A stretch of DNA of 64,000 bases from Takakia lepidozioides. Taxonomy: Eukaryota; Plantae; Bryophyta. Each line of letters starts with the position of its first letter. The stretch's first letter is position 1. The stretch lies in contig CM060731.1 of NCBI GenBank assembly GCA_030704615.1, positions 21,142,001 through 21,206,000 of the forward strand, read 5' to 3'. Positions 14,340-25,873 of this stretch are shown one piece after another. The notes beneath the pieces are model-generated. The model saw nothing but the letters and a program-made list of their open reading frames with translations. It did no database searches and had not been told where the DNA came from. The translations under genes and the position numbers were made by a program.

Positions 14340-15224
14340 ATGGCACCGGCTCGGCGGGGCGCAAGACCGCAGTCACAAGCAGAGTTATGGCCTGACTCGG
14401 CAGTACAGCATTTCTTGGATGTTTACAACGGTAAGTGCCTTGAACTCCGGGAGAGACGTTTGAGGGAGAAGGATTGGCATGATGTACAGCTAGAATTGCA
14501 CAAGAGAGAGGGCACGCCTTTTCCAAAGGGGCTCAAGCAGCTTAAGCACAAACTGGATGGCCTAATTAAGCGATACAAGAGCGAGAAGGAGCGTCAAACC
14601 ATTGTCGGTGTGGCATCCTCTTGGCGGTGGTTTGCGGCAATGGAGGTTATGCTTAGATCGAACCCCAAGATGGCATCAGGTGCAGTGGATGGTGATAACC
14701 GAAATTCAGCTCTTCAGCTTGAGGAGGATGACATGGCGGGCAATGATGTTGAAGATATGGTGCCGGAAACTGGAGGGGTGGAAACAAGGACACCGCCTCC
14801 GAGGGACACGGCTTGTTTTCATGATCTCGTGGGAGATGGTTTGCCTGATACTCCACCAATTGAGAGCACAAAGTTTCCAGAGCAGGTGCCCTGCAGTCCC
14901 AATCCAGACCAGATGCAAGCGCAGCGAATTGGGGTCGCGGTTAAGACCATCAGTAAGCAGGGCAAGCGCAAGTCCTCAATTGACAGCCCTGCTGTGAGAG
15001 ATCTTGCAAAGGCGATACGTGAGTTCACTGATGTGTATGCCCGTCATGAACGTGCAAGATACGAAGCAAGAAGGGAGGAAGTGAGAGAGAGGGAGAGGAA
15101 TGAGCAAGCTCGGCTCATAATGTTGGCAAACATGGAGGCCAGTAAAAATATATTTCGATTGGAGGTGGCCAAAATCTTTGCAGCAATGGTCAAGCAGCCT
15201 CCTCCGGATCCACGACATGAATAG
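14340..15224 (+). CDS. Trihelix (Myb/SANT-like) transcription factor, ASIL/SIP1-clade-like, single exon
   Basis: W-PDSAVQHFLDVY...LREKDWHDV...QLKHKLDGLIKRYKSEK...SSWRWFAAMEVML trihelix domain. C-terminal coiled coil LAKAIREFTDVYARHE resembles the ASIL-type LA.AI..F.E.Y.R.E motif. Confidence 0.8.
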   Translation: MAPARRGARPQSQAELWPDSAVQHFLDVYNGKCLELRERRLREKDWHDVQLELHKREGTPFPKGLKQLKHKLDGLIKRYKSEKERQTIVGVASSWRWFAAMEVMLRSNPKMASGAVDGDNRNSALQLEEDDMAGNDVEDMVPETGGVETRTPPPRDTACFHDLVGDGLPDTPPIESTKFPEQVPCSPNPDQMQAQRIGVAVKTISKQGKRKSSIDSPAVRDLAKAIREFTDVYARHERARYEARREEVRERERNEQARLIMLANMEASKNIFRLEVAKIFAAMVKQPPPDPRHE

Positions 15225-16412
15225 GTATGAAAACTTACACATCCCTCCTGGGAGTAATCCTCCAGTAGTGCTAATTGTAATTTTTTTCTCTCCATCATCT
15301 TGTTCTTGAGTCCAATGCTCCCCATTCAGTTTACAAAAGTCATGTTAGAAAATAACGAGCAACAATTCCTCGAGCAAGACATGCAAAGGCAACTATGCAA
15401 GATAGACCACCTGTTTCCAGAAGTTGGAAATTTTACTAGCCCTCTGGCCTTAGTTGTATGCACACTGTAAGGGAGTGCCTCTTCCATGTGCAGAATAGGG
15501 TTTCTGCTGAAATGGGGAGACTTGCCACTGCTCTCCACAGAGCAGGTGATGACATAAGTTGATGGATATATCGGGTTGGAAGCATCACAGCTACTACTTG
15601 AGAATTACATGCAACAGCTAGACAATTTTTCTAGCCCAGAACCTTGCAAGAGTGATGGCTGGTTTTGATGCCAGGGCTCCAAGGAAACATGAATAGACAT
15701 GTAGATTACTTTTTCGAGTCTCTAAAGTGGGTGTGTTGGATTGATGCAGGATCGACAGTGTTCTAGGTCCAGCCTAGCAGAATGACACCCACCTTGGTGA
15801 AAGAAGGTTGTACACAAGTGCAAGAGACACCCTTGTGGTTCTCCTCCTAGCAGATGTCAGCATCCGCTCAAGAACCTGAAATTTCTTCTTTCCACTCAAC
15901 ACTCCCATCAACAGGGTATCCACAGCGGTATGGGTGCCAGCAAGCAACATTCCGCAAGAACTTCATTCTCACAGTGGTTAGAATGATGACAGGCTTACAC
16001 ACAGCTCATGGAGGCCTGGCTGCATGTTGCAAGACATGTAAATGTGGAGGATACATTGCGTGATCCCCCCATGTCAACAGCAAAGGGCCATTAGAAAGAG
16101 CCCAGTAGACGTCAAAGATGAACAAGGCACTCATTTATGCACACAGCTTTCTCACACTTGAGCTAGCAAGTCTTCCCTTACAAGAAAAGCAGCTTTGTGA
16201 GGGCACTGCAAGAGGTTGTCTTGAGTTGTCTTCAATTTTTCAGTTTCTGATTGCCTGCGTACCTTGTTGTAGTTTATCTCACAAGTACCCTGGGCCACAT
16301 TCACATCTAAGAGTACCTTGCTATGGCCACTGCAGGTATGGAGTGCACATGGTACTGCCTCAGACATTTCAAACATTTCTTTGGGAGTAGATCTCCTTTA
16401 AAGAGAGTTGAC

Positions 16413-18638
16413 CTAGTTAAAGAGAGCTGCAAGAGGGTCTTTGTAGCAATTGGTGGTATCGGTTCCTGAGTAGTCATCTGGTTGGAAGTCCTTACAAAGG
16501 ACGTTGATGCTTGCATCCATCCCTTCGCATTTCATACCACTGAGGCCAGCAATCACTGAGAGTGCCGCCTGGTCTTGGCGATGATTCTGTCTGTCGGAAC
16601 CATCAGGCTCGATGCATTGACGAGTATTAGAGCATTCATACCACGGCCTGAGCACCTCTGTGTACCTGCGAAAGGCCATTGTGTTTCTGGATTGAGATTC
16701 TAACTTCAAGGTTTCAAGATTCATGAGGGACATTGACACACAGACGCCCCTTCACAAAGATGAGAGTTCTCAAACGAGCTGCTAGAACTTGTAGCGGATC
16801 ACTTACGTCTTCAGTGTGAAGCCACAAAGTGAGGCATCGCAGAGTTGCTGGTCCAAAAGGGCTGGAAAATCGGCTCGAAGGTATCGGAGCTCCTCCTTGT
16901 AGGTCAGTTGGCCCACTTTTCCCTCACCGCTTCTCGAAGAAAATCCTCGGGCGAGGAGGTTGTCGAGAGTCTGGACTACAGACTCTGAGTCGAGATAACG
17001 ACAACCGGCATCTTGCCATACCGCAATTCCACGCTCCAATAGCACTGTGTGAATCATTGTTGCCTTCGAGACATACAGACCTGCATCTGAGCTCACAAAA
17101 ATCGTTTCAAGACACAAAGAAGTATCTTCGAGAGTCAAAATCAGCGAGGGTTCTTGTATCTCAAAAATACAGGTAAGTACCTACTGCGAGCTCCAGTACT
17201 GAGTTTCTGCTCCTTGACGGATCTCTAATCTGGCCACCTTAGAGAAAAGCACCTCTACAGTGTGAACAAACTACTCTTGGTCACGGAGTTGTCGTTCTCA
17301 CCTGCACCATCAGGAACGGCGCCATTGTCTATTTCATTTGTCTGATTCCACGCAGGAGAAGTTGAGAGATTATACTGGCGAACCTCTGTGGCAATCCTGT
17401 ACCTTTCATTGAGCTCCTCCACCACGCAGTCAAGAAGTGCCCTGTGAACTCGATTGAAATCCCCCATCGCCCAAACAACTACAGACACGTTATGCTTTGA
17501 TTGTCCCGCTGCTGCCTTGCCTAAGGACCGGAGCATTAGAAGACCCACAGCAAGATGGTTGCTGCTGAAGCCTGTCACAAAAGTGGGTCTCCAGTCAGGC
17601 ACTGCTGGGGGATTCCAGTCCGGATCTTCAGCGTCTAAGTCCACTGTCACAATGCTCTCCCAGAATATTTCATCGCCTCCAGCCAGCAAAAGCTGCGGTA
17701 CAAAGCGCTTTGTTTTCCCCACCACCAGATGTTTGCATTGTACCTGCAAAACAGTGTTCCAACATGTTTGTGACAGATGAATTTGATCAACCTTTCAACA
17801 CAGGACCTCTGGAATCGGTAATTGGGCGTTGATGGGCTATGCAGAGATGAACCTAACGGAGCAGTACTGCCTGAGCAGCGTTACCTTCCAGCACGGTCCG
17901 CCTCTAAAATGAACTGGAGTGTGCTTGGAGATACTGGCATAGAAGGTCTCCAATCCCTGCACATTCAATAATCCAGTTGACGAGCAAGTTGTGAATAGGT
18001 GTACATACCTGGGTCTCCATCGCTCGAAGCTCGTCGAGATCGGTGCAGACAGCTGATGGACCCAGGGAGTCCTTTACCATTTTGCAGACTAAAGATGGAT
18101 AGTCCACTCCCACCAAAATTTCACGTGAGTAGATCGAACTTTCGGTGGAATTCGCATCTACAATATCCAACTTGGTAGATTTCTGGGCCGTCAGAGTCTG
18201 CTGCTGATGTGATCTCTCTACTTCGTCAAACAGTCTGTAAAGCAGAGAGTATGGAAGTGCTTTTAGATTGGGTTGGCCACCATCATCTCCAATAGTTATC
18301 ATGAGACAGACCCCGTATTTTGGTAGATTATTGGAGGTATGGTTAGTACTCGAGCTAGGGGCAGGCCGCTTAGATGATCCTGGCAGAATTCCCCTACATG
18401 AATATGCGCGTGGTGCAATCACCCAATCAATACCAGTCTGAAAATATGGCCGCACCCCTACGATGGGCTCGTTGTACAGAACAAAGACTCCCAATGTCAC
18501 GATAAATAAACCTCCGATAGGCATCCAGGCTGAGTGCGATTTCTTCCTGCTGAACATGATTGGCCTGTCAAACTCTGTGTGAGTGCGACTTAGCTCCAGA
18601 GTTCTCATAGTGGAAGTCGTGCTACCTAGAAACTGCAT
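16413..18638 (-). CDS. DUF1647-like type II membrane protein (possible glycosyltransferase-like fold); exons 18638-18009, 17956-17885, 17743-17302, 17080-16807, 16665-16413
   Basis: Four GT-AG introns join in compatible phases into one ORF. N-terminal TM segment GLFIVTLGVFVLY. Motifs FVTGFSSNH, Y.SK..MIHTVL.ERG.AVWQDAG and W.EC....CI.P.GS.R.NHRQDQAALS match the DUF1647 pattern as I recall it. Start codon uncertain. Confidence 0.75.
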
Positions 18639-18949
18639 GCATGTGTATTGGTGACAGTTCCATCTCTCTACTTATCCAAGGAGCTGCGACCCCGTCTGGT
18701 ATTTTCTCCACCCTATCGGCAGGGTTGAAGCAAGGGCGTCGATGAATTGAGTCGGACCCAGCGCTCGTGGAAGATAGATTTACGACAAGCAACAAGACGA
18801 TGATCAGTCGATATTCAAACTCTTGCCAGACATTGCATCTGGGCAGACGATCATGCCCCTCAATTGTTGAACAGATGTGCGTGTGCGTGCGGGAGCAGAG
18901 CAACTGGCCATGCAAATTGGTAAGCTGCTAATGAGCCCTGTACGTACAA

Positions 18950-19435
18950 ATCTTTGCACGAATGATACAGTATTTTGTTCGGAATCTACTCGAATCTGCA
19001 ATACATCTAACAACAGTTTTCAAAATTCGAAGAGAGACCTCAGAAGTGGCTCGTCGTTTATTTTGAGATATTGATGGATCCCAAAAAACTTCGATTATGA
19101 GAAACAAGATCAGATATAGACTTCGGAAAACTAGCACGATTGAAACGATTGACAGTTGACCAACATTAACAATTCATGCACAGCCTTCTCAAGCGAGCTG
19201 GCAGTAAGTACAAGCTGCACCAGAAAGCGGTGAGCACAATGCAGATCACTCTGCACGAATGATACAGAATTTTGTTGGGATCTCCCTAAGCAAGAGATGC
19301 AACACATCTACAACGGTTATCAAAATTTGAGGAAACAGCTTAGCAGTGGTCTCATCATCACCGTCTCCAACCAGGTTAAGTTGCTCGATCTCTCGATCCA
19401 ACGTTTAACGGTTGTGGATTACGAGAAACAAGCGA
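18950..19435. repeat. Diverged ~300-bp-period duplication upstream of the DUF1647-like gene
   Basis: tgcacgaatgatacag(t/a)attttgtt at ~18955 and ~19252; ca(t/c)acatcta..caac(a/g)gtt(t/a)tcaaaatt in both; gatta(t/c)gagaaacaag at ~19093 and ~19417. Confidence 0.75.
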
Positions 19436-19673
19436 ATGAGAACCCGAACATTATTTATGCATGTGCACGAAACGGGTGCTAGGCATGGGATGGCTTGCAG
19501 AGCATTGTGCAGTTGACCCAAGTGCGAGAAGGTGGGGAGGGAATGTTGGAGGTTCGTGCAGTGAGGAAGTAGAAGAGTGTGGAGGTGGTCGGTCCTGCCT
19601 AGTGCTAAGTGCAGTCGTGCTGGTCGTGGCCTTCAACCATGTGCACCACGTTGTGCCGCCCTCCTTCTCCCAG

Positions 19674-19745
19674 CAGGTAGCCAAGTGGTTGGGTATTGTT
19701 TGCCTCTGCATAACCTGGGTGATCCTGGGTTCAATCCTTCAGCAT
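19674..19745 (+). mobile_element. tRNA-like Pol III head (SINE-like, family B)
   Basis: A-box TAGCCAAGTGG and B-box GGTTCAATCC. No cloverleaf. The pre-B-box segment resembles 21340-21420 (-) and 56790-56860. Confidence 0.45.
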
Positions 19746-19914
19746 GTTTCTTCACACCGTCCATTGGGCCTAGATGTTTTCAGGGTAGTTCCGTTGAAGT
19801 TGGGGGGAGGTTCGGAAAAGCTCGCTCATGCTCATGCGCTCACCGCTCATGCATTTGCAATCCCCCTTCAAGTTCAATGCGTGTTGAGCAGTAGGCTCTG
19901 TAAATTCACCGACA

Positions 19915-20052
19915 ACCAAGTTGTAGCCCAGTGGTGATGGGCAAGTACCACCTTGGGAGTGGTTGTGGGTTCAATCCACCCTTGGTGTCACAATGCAGCA
20001 ACCCTTCGGGGTGAAGAGACACCATAATTTACGCTTCCTTGGGAAGGCGTCA
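19915..20052 (+). mobile_element. tRNA-derived SINE, family A, copy 1 (internally deleted)
   Basis: A-box TAGCCCAGTGG (19924), B-box GGTTCAATCC (19968). The 3' body gaagagacaccataatttacgcttccttgggaaggcgtc is shared with 21070-21120 and 57040-57090. Confidence 0.75.
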
Positions 20053-20730
20053 AATATTGTAACTTCAGTTGACGTTAAACAAACTTTATCTTTATCTTTA
20101 TCCGATAATATCATCACCTTGAATGTTGTGCGGGTTAAGACATTTATCCATATTTAACCCAATGGTAAATAAGGGTAAGGATAAATGATTTGTGCAGATG
20201 TACCGTTTTTATATATCCTTGCCCCTGTCACCATAGGTTGTCCTCATAACCACTACCAGTTAGCGGGTGACCTCTCTTGTTACCATTGCCACTAGGGTAG
20301 CCTCCGCCGATGGGAGGTCGGGTAGCGCGTGAGCACAAGGGCATACTCCCTGAATTTTTGCGAAATTTCCGTGAATTTTTCACAATGAAACGAAATTGGC
20401 GAACTAACAATTATGTGAAACTAACACATAAATAACAAGTAGCCCCTATAGCTGATGAACATATTATCCTATAGGCGTCGCTTTTTCTCCATATAACAGG
20501 CGCAAGAGTGGGCAGTGAGGCTTCACCTCAAGTTTAAGGTCATCACCCATGGATAATTTTGCAGGGCGAAACCAGCATGAGAAGAAATCACACTGTAGCT
20601 GAAAAGATGAGTATGTCACTATTAAAGCCCTCACCCATTTCGATTGTTGGGTGATGGGATTTCGTATAGAAAGTTTTGACTCAAGCTATATCACTAAGGG
20701 TTTCTCAATGCGAAACCCACTGCTACTTAA

Positions 20731-20862
20731 GTTTGTGCCCATATCACATATCATTTCTCAATGCGAAATGCGGTTTGTGCCCATATCACATATCATTCCT
20801 CAATGCGAAATGCGGTTTGTGCCCATATCACATATCATTTCTCAATGCGAAATTCGGTTTGT
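20731..20862. repeat. Tandem repeat, 3 x 42 bp, within a MITE-like element
   Basis: Unit gtttgtgcccatatcacatatcatt(t/c)ctcaatgcgaaat(g/t)cg. A partial unit lies at ~20700, and an inverted repeat follows (taccagtgttggccgg ~20862 / ccggccaacattggta ~20972). Confidence 0.92.
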
Positions 20863-21008
20863 ACCAGTGTTGGCCGGGTATGGCATCTTGACATGCATAT
20901 CCGGCGGTTATTTGCCGGTTATGCACATGTGCATAACCAAAAAGTACCGCGGATATGTAAAATTCTTATAACCGGCCAACATTGGTATGGACATACCAGT
21001 ACAACACT

Positions 21009-21138
21009 GGTTCAGTCCACACCGATTGATGTCACAAAAAATGTCCACATTCCAGCCGGAAGGCAACAGGCCTTCTGGGTCAAGAGACACCATAATTTCC
21101 GCTTTCTTAGGGAGGTGTCATGTATTATTATTATTATT
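21009..21138 (+). mobile_element. tRNA-derived SINE, family A, copy 2 (5'-truncated, (TAT)n tail)
   Basis: Begins at a B-box-like ggttcagtcc, carries the shared body tgtccac...ggaagg...aagagacaccataatt, and ends in tattattattattatt. Confidence 0.75.
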
Positions 21139-21334
21139 GGCTCTGTCCCGAAAGGGATATAGGCCCGCATTGTGGAGACATCTTGCCTAGGGGGAGAACT
21201 AGGCTTATCCATTAAGCCTAGTCTATGGAGGGTTGATGGGTATGATTCATGAAGCCGAGGAAAAAGTATAAAACAACAACCCCAAAATCACCCAAGGAAA
21301 GAGCAAGGAGCCTCTTGTGGCGGAGCCGCTTGTT

Positions 21335-21420
21335 ATACATAGCACATCCAACAATGTAGCAGAATTTGAACCCAAAATCACCTGGGTGGCACTCAGTGCT
21401 ACTCTATCCACTGCAATCCA
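21335..21420 (-). mobile_element. SINE-like repeat, family B
   Basis: Reverse complement gcactgagtgccacccaggtgattttgggttcaaattctgctac aligns with gcactaagtgcgacccagatgattctggggtcaaatcttgctac at ~56795. Confidence 0.6.
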
Positions 21421-21519
21421 ACTGACTATATAGTAGACTTCTTAAAAATTCAAAAAGTTAATAATTTTTGAAATCCCAAGTGATGAGTCACTCATGACAA
21501 ATCATTGTCCTGCATGCAT

Positions 21520-21600
21520 GGGGGCTCTGGCCAAGTGGCATGGGGCCTGTGGGTCTGGGGTTCAATCCCCTGGACTATCGTCTGCCCTGGGGCCAGTTGT
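21520..21600 (+). mobile_element. tRNA-like Pol III head (SINE-like, third type)
   Basis: Starts GGGG; A-box TGGCCAAGTGG and B-box GGTTCAATCCC. No anticodon or acceptor stems evident. Confidence 0.45.
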
Positions 21601-22380
21601 GAGCTTTAGCGGAGGCAAGCGGGTGTTGTGTGTTGGAGGGCAGCGATGGAGGAGGAGGAGGCACCCGAGATACCGGGGGCAGCATCAGATGCAAGGCTTT
21701 CTGTAAGAGGATCGTACCGGATGGGATGTCCATGAAGCATTTCAGTGATGCAGTAATGGTGTGTTATGTTGGCTGGACTGCATCTCAGGCTTTGGTTTGG
21801 TGAGGATTCTGTGTAGATGTTGACATAAGACTTGGTGTTGCACAGCGCACTTCTGAGCGCAAAATGGAGGTGACAGTGGAGCGAAAGTTTGAGGTAAGTA
21901 TTCGTCGTCTTCATCGTTTTCTGAAACTGGGTTTTCTTATATTGGTGGGAGTGGTAGTCGATGCAATCTAGTTGCAATGAAGAGTTCCCATATCCCGCCA
22001 ACGAAAAGGAGCCTCCTCATTCTTCTTGCATCCACCTCTCTCTGTCTCTGCTGTCTCTGAACGAAAGAGTTCAAGCTTGAAGAGCTAGGGTCTAGAGGTG
22101 GTAATTTGGACTTTTACTTCAAAGTCCAAGTGATTGTCGTGAAGTGATTGTTACTTGTGATTGTTATTTGTTAGTACTGGGAGATGCAAGTAGTGCAATC
22201 ATGAATGATCAGATGTCAATGCGGAGATTTCCAAAATTAACTTCTCGCTATTGAGCTCTGTGAATACATTGAGGTGTTTAATTGGAAGTAAACTGCCGGC
22301 AGTGGATGAAACACAATCGCCAGCTGATTTCATTCTTATTATGTAATTTTGTCAATCTGTGCCATGTGTGAAACTCGACA

Positions 22381-25269
22381 ATGGGTTCTGAGTATAACCT
22401 TCAAGTTGCTGGGCAGTTTGTGGAGGTGTCAGGCCCTGATGGAATCAAAAAACGGTTTGCAAAAGGGACATCCGCAGGGTTTGCAGTTGAGAGATTCAAC
22501 ACATTGCTTGCGACCCCCTCGAATCCGGTGGTGTGCATAGTGGCAAGTAAAGAGGGAGAGGAGCCCATAGAATTTGGGCAAGATGTTGAACTTGTATTAT
22601 ATGATGAGACCTGGACATTACAGACTCACCAAGAAGGTGTGTTTTATGTTTGAACCTATGGCTGGTTAAGCAATTGAGTCAAAACATGATGCACCTCAAC
22701 ATTCATTGAAAGGGAGTGTCAAAATATAACAAGATCAAACGTTTCTGAAGTGGAGAAATATGGCTGAGGATGCTAGTGAACATGCCTTGCATGTTGTAGC
22801 ACTCATGAGTAAGCATGCATATGCACAGAAAGAATCCGTCGTCAACGCAGAGCTCATGACACATGACAACACCTGGATATTGTTCACCTGGACACCTGTT
22901 CAAAAAGGTGTGTTGTGCTTCATTCTGCTCGCACACTTTGTCCCTCAATGAAGCTTAAGGTACATAAAAATCTTAGCTTCTTCGAGTTGCAATGTCAAAA
23001 CTGTAGCACTGAAGAATAAACTGCTAAGCTAAATGTCTGTCGCTTCTTACCATGCACTTCTTTCACTCTTTAATGTCATGTTCCCTTTTCTCACTGCAAA
23101 CTTTTGCATACCTTCCGTTCTTGTTTCTAACCTTATGGAGGCCACATAATGTGCTCAGAAATCTGTAGTCCTTTAAGTTGCAATTTCAAACCCTTGACAT
23201 TGAAAGTGAGATGCTAATCTAATAATAATGGGTTTACATGCTCTTCCTCACCCTCTTATTCATCTTTGTTGGGGCACCAGTACCTGCACTAGATATTATG
23301 TTGCGTGTTTGTACTTTCTTTTGTCCTCTGTCGATCATAATCCAATACATGAGACTACGTAAGTGAGACAATGGTATCCTTGCACAGAGAGAGCTAACGT
23401 GTATCAGAAATTCTAATGTGATTCATTTGTACTCCTGTTGGGGTGGACCAATTTCACACAAATAACAACCACTTTGATTCCAGGTTAAGTCTGCACATCT
23501 TGTATACTAGCTGTGGCATTCATGCCAATACAAGTGAAGTAGGTTTGATGGAATGAAGAAATCAACATGTTCATGTTCTTCTTGAACTGATACAGCCGAA
23601 TCAAGACTGTGTTTGAGTGTAACTAACCAAGGTTAGTTTTTTGGGCAGAGTTTATTCCACTGGAGGACAGGCATACCAGACAGACAGAGGCAAAGACAGA
23701 GTTGAGTTATGAAGAGACTTCTGCAATGGAGGAGGTCTATGCTTGGAGCCCTTCCAGTACAGCCCCTAGGGCAGTTGCTGCAGGCAAGCACTTCAGGAAT
23801 CACAATAGAGATGTAGTCGGTTTTTTTGTTTCATTTATATTTGAGTTTGTATTTGGATCTGTTTGCCCCCATCTATGTGCAGTACACTCGTGGTAGCTTT
23901 CAGGCGATGGATTAGTATGTTTTTTGATGCTCCGGTTGTCTTGTGTACTCTTTAGCTTCCTTGGCATCAATCTGACTCTCATGTGGGACTGCTACCTGAC
24001 TATTTCTGTTTTGTTTCTCTTGTCAGAAAGTGTGAGCAAGGCTATGCTAAAAGACACAACGAAGGAATCGGCAGACATTGACCCTCAGCAAATTTATGGT
24101 GCAAAGGTGAGTTTCCAAGGCACTTCTCTCTCTCTCTCTCACATACACACACAAATTGAAGTCATCTTTCATTCTATATTTCTGATTGTCACTGTGCCAA
24201 AGTAGTTCCATGGTTTTGTACTGTGGTGTTCCTTGGGTTATTGACATAATGAAAGTTTCTTCCTTTCTCTCCCTCTCAACCATGTCTGTTGCCAGGAAAT
24301 TGTCTGATGGAAATGAAGTCAGGCAGAAAACTTCCCTGAACTTTGTTTCCAGTCTGTGACATGGGTGAGGCCATCATGGACGACCTCAAGAAATTTAAAC
24401 TCAGGGCGGGAAGCCTATCTTTGAACAGCAATCAGACACAGAGAGAAAAGGGGGATTGCAAATGCCCGTTGTGTGGGCAACCTGAAGACAATGTCCACTT
24501 TCTGATTCATTGTCCTGGGTACTCTCACCAGAGAGACACCCTCTTCAAATCCATGAAGGGAATTGTTCATGTACCTCTGTTTACCAACTTTGAAATTCTC
24601 GAGGCTGAGCCAAAAACCCAGGCCCTTTTGGGGTCTAGTTATTGGGCAAATTACACACGGCAGATAAATTGTCTGTTTCAAGGTAAGTTGTACTACTAGT
24701 GCCCCTGACAAGCTTAACTCTAGTGGGTGTGAACCCCACAAAAGGCTCCGGGAGGGTTAGTTTCCTGCAGGGTTGAGGGCCATAAGGCTATGGCAAGCCG
24801 ACATTTACAGGGAACAACATGAGTGCATTCTCTCTCTCTCTCTCTCTCTCTGTGCCCACTAGGTAGTCTACTTAATGAGTGAGCTTGGCATTGTAGTAGA
24901 TAAACATCTCTGTGACCAGATGTCGGTATTGTGACCCCTTGCCTATGTTTGTTTGACCTGAAGCAGTTTGATTCAGGTAAGTTAGTGCATTGGATCATCC
25001 GGAGATCTGTCCAGCTCATTGGTTCATTTAGACTAGGTTGGGCCTCCATTACTACCATGTGCCACATTTCACCTAACACTGCTTCATTTCACGTACAGGG
25101 CTGGGAGGAGCTTTTCCCAGGAGGAAGGCTGCTGCCTGAAGGAGGAAAGCAAGAATGCACACCTGCCTACTTTGTGAAAGTACTCCTTATGTTTTTCTTC
25201 GTGTTTGCGTTTGCTGGAGGCCTGAGTTTCCTGTTGGAAAGGATGCCTGAAAGACCAGCCCCAAGCTGA
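22381..25269 (+). CDS. Conserved uncharacterised plant protein with C-terminal TM helix; exons 22381-22636, 23649-23783, 24027-24106, 25099-25269
   Basis: The N-terminal motif KRFAKGT.AGFAV...KEGEEPI.FG....LV.Y...W.LQT and the tail YFVKVLLMFFFVFAFAGGLSFLLERMP resemble a conserved land-plant family. Exons join in frame if intron 2 uses a GC donor. Confidence 0.75.
24370..24700 (+). mobile_element. Non-LTR retrotransposon (LINE) 3' fragment in intron 3
   Basis: KLRAGSLSL...CPLCGQPEDNVHFLIHCPGYSHQR is the C-x2-C...E...H....C zinc knuckle typical of the LINE ORF2 C-terminus. No RT domain present. Confidence 0.75.
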
Positions 25270-25873
25270 CACTCATATATGAACAGAGAGAACCTTTTCT
25301 TGTGCAAAATACCCTGTTTTCACCTACAACATTTCATCCTTTTTTGTAAGCTGTAAATGCAGTTCTAGTTAGATTTTGGCTTCTGTGTAGTAAATAGAAA
25401 TCTCGTGCAGACGAAGAGACAATGAGGCTTTAAACTTTTAACTTTTAACTTTTGGTGCATCTGAAGAGTCACTATCTTGTCACTTGCTCTCACGGTTGCC
25501 TGAACCGTGACAAGCCAGGAATTTGTTACCCCTCATTTGCCGAGCATTTATCCTAGGTTTCTTCAAACATTTCTTTGCAAACTATATCTCATCCCACCAG
25601 TGATTGAGGGTTTGCAAGCTACTTTTTAACAGGGGTGCATCCCACCTGACCTGGAGGGCATATCCAAGGTAAACACCACAGCTCCCTGTGAAAACCTGAG
25701 CTTGTAAAGTTGTTACAGCACTGTTGTGTTTGCCTAAACTGGGCTTTTGAGTGCAGAGACTAGGAGTACACATTGGAACAGTCTGCATGAAAGAAGGAAA
25801 GAGGAGTGAATGGATGATCCTCACACTTCCTTTCACAAGACCAAGTCTTCATGAGGGATACCCATCTCTTAAA

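Noticed and set aside
14340-15224. Autonomous PIF/Harbinger transposon
   Set aside because: No DDE transposase or TIRs nearby, and the C-terminus resembles host ASIL-type trihelix factors.
16413-18638. Pseudogene interpretation of the fragmented ORFs
   Set aside because: All breaks are explained by canonical introns in compatible phase.
19915-20000. Functional tRNA genes at the A/B-box sites
   Set aside because: No cloverleaf, and the heads continue into a shared non-tRNA body, which indicates SINEs.
20731-20862. 42-bp repeats as a CRISPR array
   Set aside because: Units are contiguous with no unique spacers, there are no cas genes, and the context is eukaryotic.
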